Positions 16,217 through 26,571 of a DNA stretch of 64,000 nt are shown piece after piece (positions within the stretch are counted from its first letter, which is position 1; the number at the start of each line of letters is the position of its first letter). The position numbers and the translations under genes are program-made. Source of the stretch: a virus; IMG/VR virus record IMGVR_UViG_3300047409_000574, positions 62,256 to 126,255 of that record; one strand, given 5' to 3'. The notes under the pieces were generated by a model. The model worked only from the letters and a program-made list of their open reading frames with translations, searched no databases and was not told the DNA's origin.

Positions 16217-18213
16217 GCACGACCGCGGCACCTTTGACGTTCGACGCGTGGGAGGAGATGCGGGTCGAGATCGAGGAGGTCGCCGCCGACGGCACCCAGA
16301 CCGCGGAGGAGCGGGCCGCCCGGCTGAACGAGTTCAAGCTCGACCTGACTGAGATGCTGGGGGTGGTCGCGACCTACATCGGGGATGCGCAGACGGAGGC
16401 GTCTGGTCGTACGAGGGAGGAGCAGTTGGCGGTCGAGCGGCTGCGCGAGAGTGCCGACATTCGCGCTGAGTTGCTGGAGCGCGGGGTGGCGACCGAGGAG
16501 GCGCTCGACGATGCGCTGATGCTTTCGCATGAGGCGATCGACCAGCTTGTCGAGGACGGCATGCTGGAGGAAACGGCGATGCACGTGGCCGGGTTCATGC
16601 GCAAGTTCGAGGAGGGTAGGCATCCGCGCGGGCGGGGCGGCAAGTGGATCGACGTGCTCGGCAAGATCACGAAGCTCAAGGAGGGCGACTCGCACTCGGC
16701 CGGGATGGGGGTGCGTGCGAAGAACATGGGCGGCACGATCCATGTGCAGCGGCACGGCAAGACGTTGTCGAAGCACACGAACCGGGAGAGCGCGGCGCGG
16801 GCGCTGCTGGCGGCGGCCGAGACCGCCCCGCCGAAGCGTCGCCGCGAACCGGTCGCGAGCGCCGAACATTGGAAGGGCGGCACGCATGTGTCGGTGACGG
16901 GCGGCCAGCACAAGGGCAAGTCCGGTGAGGTGGTCACCCATCATGCGTCTACCGGCGAGGCGACGGTGGACTTCGGCACCCATGTCGGGGTTGTGAAGCA
17001 GGAGCATCTGCGCCAGGACAGAGCACCGGGCGCGGGTGGCGCGGAGCGTGCGGCGGAGGATACGAAGATCGCATCGCGCGCGGCCGAGCAGGAGCTTTCG
17101 CCGGAGGAGAAGAAGGCGCTGTACGACGAGCGCAAGACTCGGCTGGAGACGCAGGCGGTGAAGGCGGTGAAGTCGGCGGCCGAGCGCGGGAAGCTCTCGG
17201 ATGCGGAGTCTCATTTTTCTGAGACGGGTCGCGTCAGTCAGCGCACGCTCGCGAACTATGTGGAGGAGGCTTCGACCTCGCCGCAGACGAGCGAGCTTTA
17301 CTCGTCGATCAACGCTGCGACGGGTGAGCGCGTCTGGAACTCATCGCGCAAGGTGCTGCACGAGAGGATCATCACGGCGTACTTGAAGAAGCGGAAGATC
17401 GACCCGGAGACTGGCAAGTCGGTGCTCGACTACAGCCCCGACGCGGAGGACTTGCAGTCGCACCCGGATGGGCCGCGAGTTTTATTTTCTGGTGGGGGTT
17501 ATGCGAGCGGAAAGGGCGGCGTGTTGAAGATTCTCGCGGCGCGCGGGGAGACGCCGCCGGACTCGTTCGTACTCGACCCGGATCAGATCAAGGCGGAGCT
17601 TCCCGAGTTTCAGGCGATGATCGGCACCGACCCGGAGGCGAACATGCACGTCTACCGGGAGGCGTGGGCGATTGCGCAGGAGATTCAGGCGCGTGCGATG
17701 GAGAAGAAGCTGAACATCACGGTCGATGGGATCAGCAACACCGCGCCGGAGGAGATGGGCCAGCGCGTCAAGGCGTTCACCGATCGCGGCTACAGCGCTC
17801 ATGTTGTCTATGCGGACATTCCGACGGAGGAGGCTCTCAAGCGTGCCGCGAATCGTGCCGAGAACGCGAAGGAGGACTCCGACCGCAGGATGATCCCGGA
17901 GATCATCATGCGCTCCGTGCATCGCGATGTGGCGGCGACGGTTCCGGCACTACCTGGCTACTTGGACGAGCACGGGATTCCAGCGCACATCGAGGTGTGG
18001 AACAACGATCAGGGCAAGGACGAGCAGGGACAGTTCCGTCCGCCCCTCAAGTTTTTCGAGCACGCGTCGTCGTCGCATCCTGGAATTGCCGGTGTCGGGG
18101 ACAAGGCTGGTGGCGAGCTACAGACCGGCAGCATCGTCCACGATCAGGGCTTGTGGGACGCGTTTAGGAATAAGGGTCACGAGTCGATCTCTCACGTCGA
18201 GGGAACGAATTAG
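16213..18213 (+). CDS. HPRGRGG-tagged protein with KOW-like motif and C-terminal zeta-toxin family P-loop kinase
   Basis: Acidic N-terminus with LRES and LEET; HPRGRGGKW at 16621; VSVTGGQHKGKSG; LFSGGGYASGKG (Walker A), DPDQIK, NITVDG, RMIPE. Confidence 0.85.
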   Translation: MSTTAAPLTFDAWEEMRVEIEEVAADGTQTAEERAARLNEFKLDLTEMLGVVATYIGDAQTEASGRTREEQLAVERLRESADIRAELLERGVATEEALDDALMLSHEAIDQLVEDGMLEETAMHVAGFMRKFEEGRHPRGRGGKWIDVLGKITKLKEGDSHSAGMGVRAKNMGGTIHVQRHGKTLSKHTNRESAARALLAAAETAPPKRRREPVASAEHWKGGTHVSVTGGQHKGKSGEVVTHHASTGEATVDFGTHVGVVKQEHLRQDRAPGAGGAERAAEDTKIASRAAEQELSPEEKKALYDERKTRLETQAVKAVKSAAERGKLSDAESHFSETGRVSQRTLANYVEEASTSPQTSELYSSINAATGERVWNSSRKVLHERIITAYLKKRKIDPETGKSVLDYSPDAEDLQSHPDGPRVLFSGGGYASGKGGVLKILAARGETPPDSFVLDPDQIKAELPEFQAMIGTDPEANMHVYREAWAIAQEIQARAMEKKLNITVDGISNTAPEEMGQRVKAFTDRGYSAHVVYADIPTEEALKRAANRAENAKEDSDRRMIPEIIMRSVHRDVAATVPALPGYLDEHGIPAHIEVWNNDQGKDEQGQFRPPLKFFEHASSSHPGIAGVGDKAGGELQTGSIVHDQGLWDAFRNKGHESISHVEGTN

Positions 18214-18246
18214 GAACCGCTGCTTGCTTGTCACGGTAAGTAGGGT

Positions 18247-18462
18247 GTGCGCGTGGACTCGACCAAGACCAAGCGCGAAATAGCGACCGACCTCCTGCGT
18301 GATCTGTTTCGGGATCGAACGCGGATCGAGATTGCCGAAGCCGTCAAGCGCGGCGCGGCGCTCGGGGTCAGTCGGCGCACGCTGCTTCGCGCGGGGAGCG
18401 AGCTAGGGGTGCGCGAGGTGCACAACGGGCCGTTCCCGGCGTTCTGGCAACTCGACGGGTGA
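18247..18462 (+). CDS. Small helix-turn-helix-like protein
   Basis: AALGVSRRTLLRA pattern; GTGA overlap with the RNase H gene. Confidence 0.55.
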   Translation: MRVDSTKTKREIATDLLRDLFRDRTRIEIAEAVKRGAALGVSRRTLLRAGSELGVREVHNGPFPAFWQLDG

Positions 18463-18932
18463 GCGCGTTCGAGATTTACACGGACGGCTGTTGCGCGCCG
18501 TCCAACCCTGGCCCCGGCGGCTATGCGGCGGTGATCTTGTCGGAGGCGTTCGCTGATGGCTCGTGGATCGTCAGCGGCGGTGAGCCGGACACGACAAACA
18601 ATCGGATGGAGCTTCGGGCGGCGATCGAAAGTCTCTGCGCAATACCTGGTGCGAGCACCGTCAGGATCATCACGGACAGCAAGTACGTTCGGGATGGGTT
18701 CACGAAGTGGCTGCCCAAATGGAAGCAGCGGGGCTGGCGCACGGCGTCGAAGGAGCCGGTGAAGAATGTCGATCTGTGGAAGGCGCTCGATGTAGCTGTG
18801 GCGCGGCACGCCGAGGTCGGGTTCTTCTGGATGCGCGGCCACCTGGGCAATCGTTGGAACGAGCGCGCAGATGAGGTCGCTGCTCTGGAGGCAGAGAAGT
18901 GGCTCGACGTTCCGGCCTGGAGTGCGGGTTGA
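18459..18932 (+). CDS. rnhA: Ribonuclease HI
   Basis: IYTDG..NPGPGG, TTNNRMEL, TDSKYV, WKQRGW, VKNVDLW and GHLGNRWNERAD; all catalytic acidic residues present. Confidence 0.96.
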   Translation: MSAFEIYTDGCCAPSNPGPGGYAAVILSEAFADGSWIVSGGEPDTTNNRMELRAAIESLCAIPGASTVRIITDSKYVRDGFTKWLPKWKQRGWRTASKEPVKNVDLWKALDVAVARHAEVGFFWMRGHLGNRWNERADEVAALEAEKWLDVPAWSAG

Positions 18933-18950
18933 GCGTGCGATACTTCACCC

Positions 18951-19877
18951 GTGGCTGACGAGCCGATGAAGCCGAAGGACGACATGACACCGCCGCCCGA
19001 GGCTGATGCGCCGACTGATGCGAAGCCAACCGACGCGAAGCCGAGCACGGTCTCCCCGGCGGGGATGACCGAGGCCGAGATTAGGGCCGCAGGCTTGGCT
19101 GTCGATGTTCCCTTTGAGAGTGGTAGCGCGACGCCGGAGCGGCTCAAGTATTCGAGCAACGCGGGGCAGGAGTGGACGCCACCGGCGGGCTGGCCGCCGG
19201 AGACCGGTGCGGTGCCGGATGAGGGGAGCGCGGCGGCGGTTGATCCGCCAGCACCGCCGGGGCCGGAGGTGCCGCCGGAGACTTCGCCTGCGCCCGGCCC
19301 GCCGGTGCCGCCTGCGTCGTGAGCAACGCGCTCAACCTGACGTGTCTGCCGAACGACCAGCTACGCCGTCAGGGCGCTTCGATCCTTCGAGTCGTTGCGG
19401 AGGTTCGTGACTTCGTCGAGGGCGAGGATGTGCCGGAGTCGCTCGTGCGCGATCTAGTGGAGATGGAGCGGGCAGGTCGGTGGCTGGTCAACGCGACTTC
19501 GATCAACCTTACGCGCGGGATTCCGGCAGTCGGCCTGACGGTGCCGCCCGTCAAGTAGCGTGCCGACCTGTCGTGTGTGTCCGGCCGAAATAATCTGGGC
19601 CATCTCGGACAACGGGAGGCGCATGCCGATCGACGCGGTGCCAGCCTCTCACGGCACGATCCTGTTGAAGCATGAGGGTGGGCCGGGGGAGCCGCCGCGC
19701 GCCCATGTGGTGTCGGTGGAGGAGCGGGAGAAGCTGCTGGCGGAGCACCGTTACCGGGTGGAGCATCTGGGGCATGCGGATACGCCGTTCGTGCTGTTTG
19801 TGCCTCATCACTTGACTTGCGCGAAGGTTGCGGCGGTGCGGGCGGGGGCGTTGAAAGGCCAGGAGCCTTTGTTCTAG
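18951..19877 (+). other. Three hypothetical genes (18951-19322 Pro/Ala-rich, 19319-19558, 19560-19877 zinc-ribbon-like)
   Basis: Contiguous ORFs. The third has CRVC..IIW..GRRMPID..HHLTC. Confidence 0.6.
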
Positions 19878-19954
19878 CGAGAGCCATCATTGTTTGCTAC
19901 ACTGAGGGCGACCCGCCAGACCAGCGGGAAGTGTGTAGACCACGGAGGTAGCGA
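19876..19954 (+). promoter_or_regulatory. Promoter-hairpin-SD cassette, copy 1
   Basis: GCCATCATTGTTTGC-TACACT; stem CCCGC/GCGGG; loop CAGACCA; GTGTGTAGACC; GGAGGTAG; ATG at 19955. Confidence 0.85.
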
Positions 19955-22900
19955 ATGGCTCGGAGGGAATCGAACATCATGTCGGCCCAGGCGGCTCGCG
20001 CCCAGGCCAACCGGCTTGCTGCGCGCAACGCGCCGCATGCGCCGTGGGTGAAGTACGAGACGCTGCTCGGAATCGTCGATCGTGAGTGCGAGAAGCTCGG
20101 CCGCCGCTGGTACGGCGTCCCGAGCGCGTACGCGGCAATCAAGGAGATCGAGGCGGCCGACCCGGAGACGCGCAAGCTCGCCCGCCGGATGATGCTTGAC
20201 CGGCTCGACGCGTTCCCGTTGCGGAAGGAGGCGTAGTCATGGCTGCTGCGACGAAGGAAGAACTGCTCGCCGACGTGGACGTGACGAAGCTGCCGGTGCG
20301 GCGTGTCGCGCCGGAGATGCTGACCGATGAGCCGCTTGCGGAGATCGCGGTCGGCGACCTGGTCGTGATGCACTCGCGCAACGCGCTGCGTGTCGCGCAG
20401 GTGCTCACGGTGACGCCGAAGCGGGTGATGGTCGCCTACACGACCGAGGGCGCTTGGACGGCGGCGCGGAAGATCGCGGAGATGTATCTGACGCCCGGCT
20501 ATGTCGAGCGGCTCGTGGGGCAGGCGCGCAGGACGGCGGGAAGCAACTACGACTGGTTCGTCGCGCAGTCGAAGCCGGAGACGGCGAGCTACAACCCGAG
20601 CGAGGCGGACATGGCGCGCAATCGCGCACGGGTCGAGCGGGAGACGCGCGAGGAGCACATCGAGCGGACGGTTCGCGAGGCGCGCGAGGGTGCGGAGGCG
20701 AAGGTCGCCGAAGCGAAGCTGGGCTGCGAGCAGTACGTGACGGTGACGACGAAGTCGGTCAAGCGCTCCGACGTGTACGGGTTGAAGTCGTGAAGCGCAG
20801 GCCGGTGCCGCGCGAGTGGCGGGAGGATCATCACGACCTCACGTTGGACTCGCGGCGGCGATACGCGGGTCGTGATGGGTCGCGGCTCGCCAATCGTGCG
20901 GGTGGCGTTTGCTCGTGTGGGGAGCGCTTCGGTTTGAGGGCCGACCCGCCGCGCCACAACATGGACGGTGGCGACGTGCGCGAGGCGTACAACGATCACG
21001 TCGAGGCGGCCTACTACGCGGAAGCTGACGCGGCGGCGGCGCAGGCGAAGCGCCGGTACAAGATCGGTGTCGCGACGACCCACCACGATGTGGTCGAGGT
21101 CGAGGCAAGCACCGGCGATGAGGCGGTCGAGATTGCACGCGCGATGAACGCGCACGGCGAGGTGCCGCAGTCGCTTGGGATGACCGAGGTCACCTACCAC
21201 GTGCTTGAGCCGGTGCAGTCGTGATGCGCGCCGTGACGGTTGCGCTCGCCGCTCACCGCTATGGCGAGTTGGAGAAGGCGATCCAACGGGAGACCGACCC
21301 GGCGAGGCGCGCCGAGCTTGTACGTGACCTGAACCGCATCGACAGGATGAGACGGAGGGCGACATGAAGTACGGGGCTGAGCTTGAGGAGGAGATCGTCG
21401 TGTTCCTGGGGCATGACGCGTCGCCCGAGGAACCGTTGATGCTCGGCTCGATCCAGAGCTTCTTCGCCTGGCGGCCGAGCGAGTCTCTGGCGGTCGAGCA
21501 GGCGCTCACCCGCCTGGTCAAGAAGGGTCAGGTGGTCGAGACGCGTGACGAGAACAATCTGCGCTGCTATTACGTGGCGGTGCCGACTGCTGGGCTGAGG
21601 CGTTCGCTGGCGGACGCGAGCTACGTGCTCGACTGGTTGCGCGCTCGCGAGTCGCCCGAGAACATCATCGGGTTGCAGGAGCGGGTCGTGCGGACGCTCG
21701 GCGGCGAGGGGCAGGCCCGTGAGATCAGAGGGGCGGTGCCGTCGTGATCGTCGTTGCGATCACGAGCCGCGAGTACGACGTGGCGACCAAGGCGCTCGAC
21801 TCGTACAGCCCGGACGACGTTCGCGACCACGTGGCGCTCGCGAAGGTTCGCGTCAAGCTGGGCGACGCCAACGAGACCAAGAAGATTCGCTTCTCCAACA
21901 AGGAGGCAAATGTCTTGATGGATGCGCTCAACGAGTGCGACCCGTTCGACTCCGGCGAGGAGCAGACCGCCGGAGTTCTGAGCGAGAAGCTGACGGGCCG
22001 GGTGGCGTTGTGAGCGAGCTACATGATCCGTTCCACGATCGCGAGCGCTTTTCGGTTGTGCGCGAACCGAGTCAGACTCGGATGGTCTACGCCGTGATCG
22101 ACAAGCTGAACGGCAATCTTCGCTATTCGCGCCATCACTCATCCGTCGCAGCGCACAAGCAGGCGGATAGCTTGAACGAAGCGTATCGCGCGGAGCGGCG
22201 CGCATGAGCAAGCTGCTGACGAGGGGCGAGCAACTGGTCGGGCATCCGCTGATGGCGGAGCGGGTGGCCGGGGTGCCGCACTACGTTCCGGGCCAGCACC
22301 AGGTGGCGATCACCAGCCCGGCGGTGTTGCGCGAGATGGGCATTGACGACGGCGTGGAGCATCCGGCGGCGGAGATCACCTATGTCGATCAGATGGGCGA
22401 GGCGGTCATGGTGCTCGCGTCCAAGGATGACGACGGCTGGGAGCCGGTGATTGTGGGCCGGGCCGGGCATCAGGTGTTCCGGGGCTGGCGGGTGGTCGGC
22501 GTGGACGGGTTCGAGTTTGTGTTGAGCGAGAAGATGCTGGCGGCGCTGGAGCGCGCGGAGCAGGAGATGGCGACGTGACGCTCGGCGACTGGAACAGGGT
22601 GCGCGGTGCTCGCGCGTGGTTCTACGGTCTCCGGGTTAGGGACTCCTCGAAGTCGCCCAACGTACTCACGTTCGCGGTGCATCGCGAGGCTGACGGGGTG
22701 ACGCTTCGCGGCATCCGCGCGTCGGGTTACCGGACGACCACGCTCGCGCGCAAGATGAATGTGAGGGACTTGCCGGGCTATCAGTCGGCGGCGCTGGCGG
22801 CGATTCGCGAGTTCGAGGCGAACGAACGTGGCTAGGCGGGTCGGCCCGCGCGAGCGCCCGTGCTCGGATGGCGAGCTTGGGCATCCGATCGACCAGGTTT

Positions 22901-23046
22901 TCATCCACACCTGGCACGGCAACTACTCGGCGTTCAACGGCTACCGGTTCACGCCGTCGGACTACTCCGAACTCGGCTGTAGTCGGTGCGGTGTGTCGTG
23001 GCGGACGAACGCCGCCTACGTCGAGGAGTTGACGGCTCGTGTCTAG
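19955..23046 (+). other. Operon of small hypothetical genes (19955-20236, 20239-20793, 20790-21224, 21364-21747, 21744-22013, 22010-22207, 22204-22578, 22575-22835, 22828-23046)
   Basis: Coupled + strand ORFs downstream of cassette copy 1. Confidence 0.65.
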
Positions 23047-24049
23047 ACCTCGTGGGTTCGCACAATGGAACCCGAAGCCCGACACGCTGGCCGTCCTGGC
23101 GGATGTGGAGGGCGTGCTGGCGAGGTACTCCGAGTTCCTGCCGTTGACGGCCAGACAAATCTTCTACGCACTCGTTGGCACGACTGGCTACGACAAGACG
23201 GAGAAGGCGTATGCGCGGCTGTGCGAGTACCTGGTGCGCGCACGGCGGGCGCAGATGATTCCGTTCGAGTCTATCCGCGACGACGGCACGACCCACCACG
23301 ACTTCGTGAAGTACCTGGGCGTTTCCAACTTCTGGGAGCAGATGGTCGATCATGCCGACCACTACGTGCGCGACAAGATGGCCGACCAGCCGGTCTACGT
23401 CGAACTGTGGTGTGAGGCGGCAGGCATGGTGCCCCAGTTGGAGCGGGTCGCGAACCGCTACTCGATCCCGGTCTACTCGACGGGTGGGTTCTCGTCGGTG
23501 ACGGTGACCTACGAGATCGCGGAGCGCGCGCTGGCACGTGACCGGCCGACGGTGTTTCTGCACGCGGGGGACTACGACCCGTCGGGCGAGTCGATCTTCG
23601 ATTCGATGACGCGGGACTCGGTGGCGTTCCTGCGCAACCGGATGGTCTGGGAGGGCAAGAAGAAGGGCTGGCCGTCCGGGGTGATGGACGAGATTCAGAC
23701 CGGCAACGGCGGGCTGTTCGTCGGGGCGATCGGCGAGGCGATGCCGGAGGGCTACCCGGACTTGCGTCCGCGCCGGGTGGCGCTGACGGAGGAGCAGGTG
23801 GAGGAGCACGACCTGCCGACGGCTCCGGCGAAGCCGACCGATACGCGGTCGGCGAACTGGGTGGGCGAGACCTGTCAGTTGGAGGCGATGCCGCCGGATT
23901 TACTCGCGGAGGTGATCCAGGAGGCGATCCTCAGTGTGCTCGACCGCGACCGGCTGGAGGAGGTTTGGCTGGAGGAGAAGCGGGAGCGCCAGGTGGCGAA
24001 GGAGCAGATCGCTCGGCTGATCGAATCTGGCGACACTGAGGATGCGTAG
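23039..24049 (+). CDS. wHTH plus Toprim protein (Topo VI-A/DUF2399-like)
   Basis: LTARQIFYALV; VELWCEA; GGFSS; AGDYDPSG (DxD); RVALTEEQV; QLEAM. Confidence 0.8.
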   Translation: MSRPRGFAQWNPKPDTLAVLADVEGVLARYSEFLPLTARQIFYALVGTTGYDKTEKAYARLCEYLVRARRAQMIPFESIRDDGTTHHDFVKYLGVSNFWEQMVDHADHYVRDKMADQPVYVELWCEAAGMVPQLERVANRYSIPVYSTGGFSSVTVTYEIAERALARDRPTVFLHAGDYDPSGESIFDSMTRDSVAFLRNRMVWEGKKKGWPSGVMDEIQTGNGGLFVGAIGEAMPEGYPDLRPRRVALTEEQVEEHDLPTAPAKPTDTRSANWVGETCQLEAMPPDLLAEVIQEAILSVLDRDRLEEVWLEEKRERQVAKEQIARLIESGDTEDA

Positions 24050-24050
24050 G

Positions 24051-24133
24051 GCCATCAGAGTTTGCTAGGACGTGCTACACTGAGGCCAGCCCGCAGACCA
24101 CGGGCGTGTGTAGTCAACTGAGAGAGGTAGAGC
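24051..24133 (+). promoter_or_regulatory. Promoter-hairpin-SD cassette, copy 2
   Basis: GCCATCAGAGTTTGC-N10-TACACT; stem GCCCG/CGGGC; loop CAGACCA; GTGTGTAG; GAGGTAG; ATG at 24134. Confidence 0.85.
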
Positions 24134-24832
24134 ATGACGAGCAACAAGCGCATCACCCGCTCCGCGACCCCGGCTCCTGGCGTGACTGTCGAGGTCGAGC
24201 GCGAGAGCATGGGCCAGGTGACCGAGTACGAGGTCTACGTGACCAACGCGAAGGGGCGTGTTCGCTGGGGCGGCGGCACCAAGCGCGAGGCCCAGCGCAT
24301 CTTCGACCGGACGGTCAAGAGGTTTGCGAAGGGGGTGGCGAAGTGAGCGGCGAGTTCTGCACCTGTCAGCAGGTGAGTAGGAACGTGTTTGACTGCCCGC
24401 TGCACGGCGAGCGGTTGCGCGCCGACTCGGTGCGCTACCAGGCCGAGCAGGAGTCGAAGCGGCAGGCGCGCGTCGAGCGTCGGGCGGACGACGCGGAGTA
24501 CGCGCGCGGTGTGGACGACACGCGCCGGGCGCAGGAGGCTGGCCCGGCGGGTAGCGCCGCACGCGAGCAGGCGTACCTGGAGATGGAGGCCCAGTGGGCG
24601 CGGGAGGGTCACGATGGCTGATCTGGAGATCACACGTGACCGCACCGGCGAGTTCATGGTCGTCCAGGTCGAGGGCGTCACTGACGCCGGTGTCGAGTTC
24701 GTGGACGGCTACTGCCCCGTAGGGGTGGAGTTCCAGGTGATCGACAGCGGCCGGATCATCGTCCCGGAGCAGACGGCCGAGGCGATCCAGATTCTTGCGC
24801 GCGAGCGCGGTCTCACAACGGAGGTGGTCTAG
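24134..24832 (+). other. Three small hypothetical genes (24134-24346, 24343-24621, 24614-24832)
   Basis: Coupled ORFs directly after cassette copy 2. Confidence 0.65.
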
Positions 24833-25798
24833 GTGGCGATCGAGCAGCGCAAACGCACGAAGTGCGGGGGGTGTGGTCGGCGTAGGTTCGTGACACGAAT
24901 GGACACTGGCGTGCTGTGCGATGGGTGTCGGCCGGATCAACTCTGGCGGGGCGTTACACCCGAGCAGCGATTCTGGGCAAACGTAAAGAAGCTCGAAGGT
25001 GTTGACGCGTGCTGGCTTTGGACACGAGGTAGTGACGCGCACGGCTTCGGCGTTCTGACGTTTGAGGGCAGACAAGAGGCTGTTCACCGCGTGTCGTGGC
25101 GACTTCACTTCGGCCCGATTCCCAAAGGAATGTGCGTGCTGCGTCGCTGCGAGCAGGCGCTCTGCGTCCGGCCGGATCATCTTTGGCTTGGTACGCGGCG
25201 CGACAAAGTGAACGACAAAACGAAGCGGGATCGCGTTAGGCGGATCGCGGCTGCGCCTGTCGGCATGGTCATTACCAAGAAGCCCAAGATGACAGACCTG
25301 GAGATTGCGTGGACGGCTGGGCTGTTCGAGGGCGAAGGATCGCTAATCGTTGTAGCGAAGCTCGATCCCTCCAGGCCATCGACCCAACTCTCATTGACGA
25401 GTACGGATCGCGATGTGATTGTGCGCTTCGCCGAGACCGTCGGAGCGGGCCGCGTGTATGGGCCGTATCAACCAGGTGCGGGCAAGTACGATCACTGGAA
25501 GCAGCAATATCTCTGGCGCGGTCATGGCTGGGCGCTGCTTCGCCGCCTGCGCGCTGAGTGGGGGCCGTATCTTGGTCGGAGACGACTCGCGCGATTCGAC
25601 GAGATCGCAGCGATGGAGCCGCCGCCCTACGTTCGGATCAATCGCCATCAGCGCAGGTTCACTGAGGACGATGTGCGCGACATGCGTTCGTCCTACGCGC
25701 GGGGCGAGACGCAGGTGGCAATCGGGAAGCGTTACGGGATCGCCCAGCCGCATGTCGGAGAGATTGTTCGTCTTGAAACCTACAAGGAGATCGCATGA
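24833..25798 (+). CDS. Zn-finger, degenerate HNH, LAGLIDADG and HTH fusion endonuclease
   Basis: CGGC..CDGC; RFWANV..CWLWT..VHRVSW..GPIP..CVLRRC..CVRPDHL; IAWTAGLFEGEG; TQVAIGKRYGIAQPHVGEI. Confidence 0.8.
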   Translation: MAIEQRKRTKCGGCGRRRFVTRMDTGVLCDGCRPDQLWRGVTPEQRFWANVKKLEGVDACWLWTRGSDAHGFGVLTFEGRQEAVHRVSWRLHFGPIPKGMCVLRRCEQALCVRPDHLWLGTRRDKVNDKTKRDRVRRIAAAPVGMVITKKPKMTDLEIAWTAGLFEGEGSLIVVAKLDPSRPSTQLSLTSTDRDVIVRFAETVGAGRVYGPYQPGAGKYDHWKQQYLWRGHGWALLRRLRAEWGPYLGRRRLARFDEIAAMEPPPYVRINRHQRRFTEDDVRDMRSSYARGETQVAIGKRYGIAQPHVGEIVRLETYKEIA

Positions 25799-26571
25799 GC
25801 GTTCAGACCAGAACGGACGCGAAGCGCGGATGTGGATTTCGCGTCAAAGGCGGCCTCTACATGGTCTCGGGGCAACTCTCGGAGCCGTGCCCGCTGCTCC
25901 CGGTCGAGACGAAGGTGTGTCCGACCTGCGGCGAGGGGATTCGTCCCGCGCGCGGGTTCACCTGGGTGGACGCGGCGAGCTTCATCCCGCCGGTCACGCA
26001 CGGCACGGCGGAGCACGACGCGGTCTGTCCGCTCTCGCCTGATCCGACACCGCGCGCGATCGTGAAGCTCGACCATGTCGAGCCGATCCGTTTCCAGGTG
26101 GTCGGGGTGCCGGGAACCTTCGCGACTGCGGACGAGGCGGCCCATGCGGCGGTCACCACTCCGCGTTCGCGGATGGGTGACCGGGTCGGCCTGATCTGGA
26201 TTGGGGCGGTGCACTATCCGACCCCGCAGTCGTTCATGCGGGAGGCGGCGGAGATGGGTGTGTCGCGTCGGATCACGGCGGTGCCCCGCGACTTCGTGAT
26301 CGGCGAGACCTGGATTCTGCTCGGGCATCGCCGGGCCGCGGAGCACGCATGCTCGGACTGCGGCGATCTGCCGAAGGGCGACCCGGAGTGTCCGGTCTGC
26401 GACGGCTCCGGCTACGAGAGTGTGCCGGGGATCATCACGGCGTTCCGGCCGACGGCCGTGGAATATGTAACGACCGGCCTTGAATCAGAGGAGGAGATTG
26501 AAGCCCTCGAAAAGCGCGGCATTACTCCGGTCGAAGTGATCCTCGACGAGACGCAGACCAGGCTTGTCTGA
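25795..26571 (+). CDS. Conserved-looking phage protein with Cys motifs
   Basis: RGCGFRVKGGLY, CPTCG, HYPTPQSFMREAAEMGVSRRI. Confidence 0.7.
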   Translation: MSVQTRTDAKRGCGFRVKGGLYMVSGQLSEPCPLLPVETKVCPTCGEGIRPARGFTWVDAASFIPPVTHGTAEHDAVCPLSPDPTPRAIVKLDHVEPIRFQVVGVPGTFATADEAAHAAVTTPRSRMGDRVGLIWIGAVHYPTPQSFMREAAEMGVSRRITAVPRDFVIGETWILLGHRRAAEHACSDCGDLPKGDPECPVCDGSGYESVPGIITAFRPTAVEYVTTGLESEEEIEALEKRGITPVEVILDETQTRLV

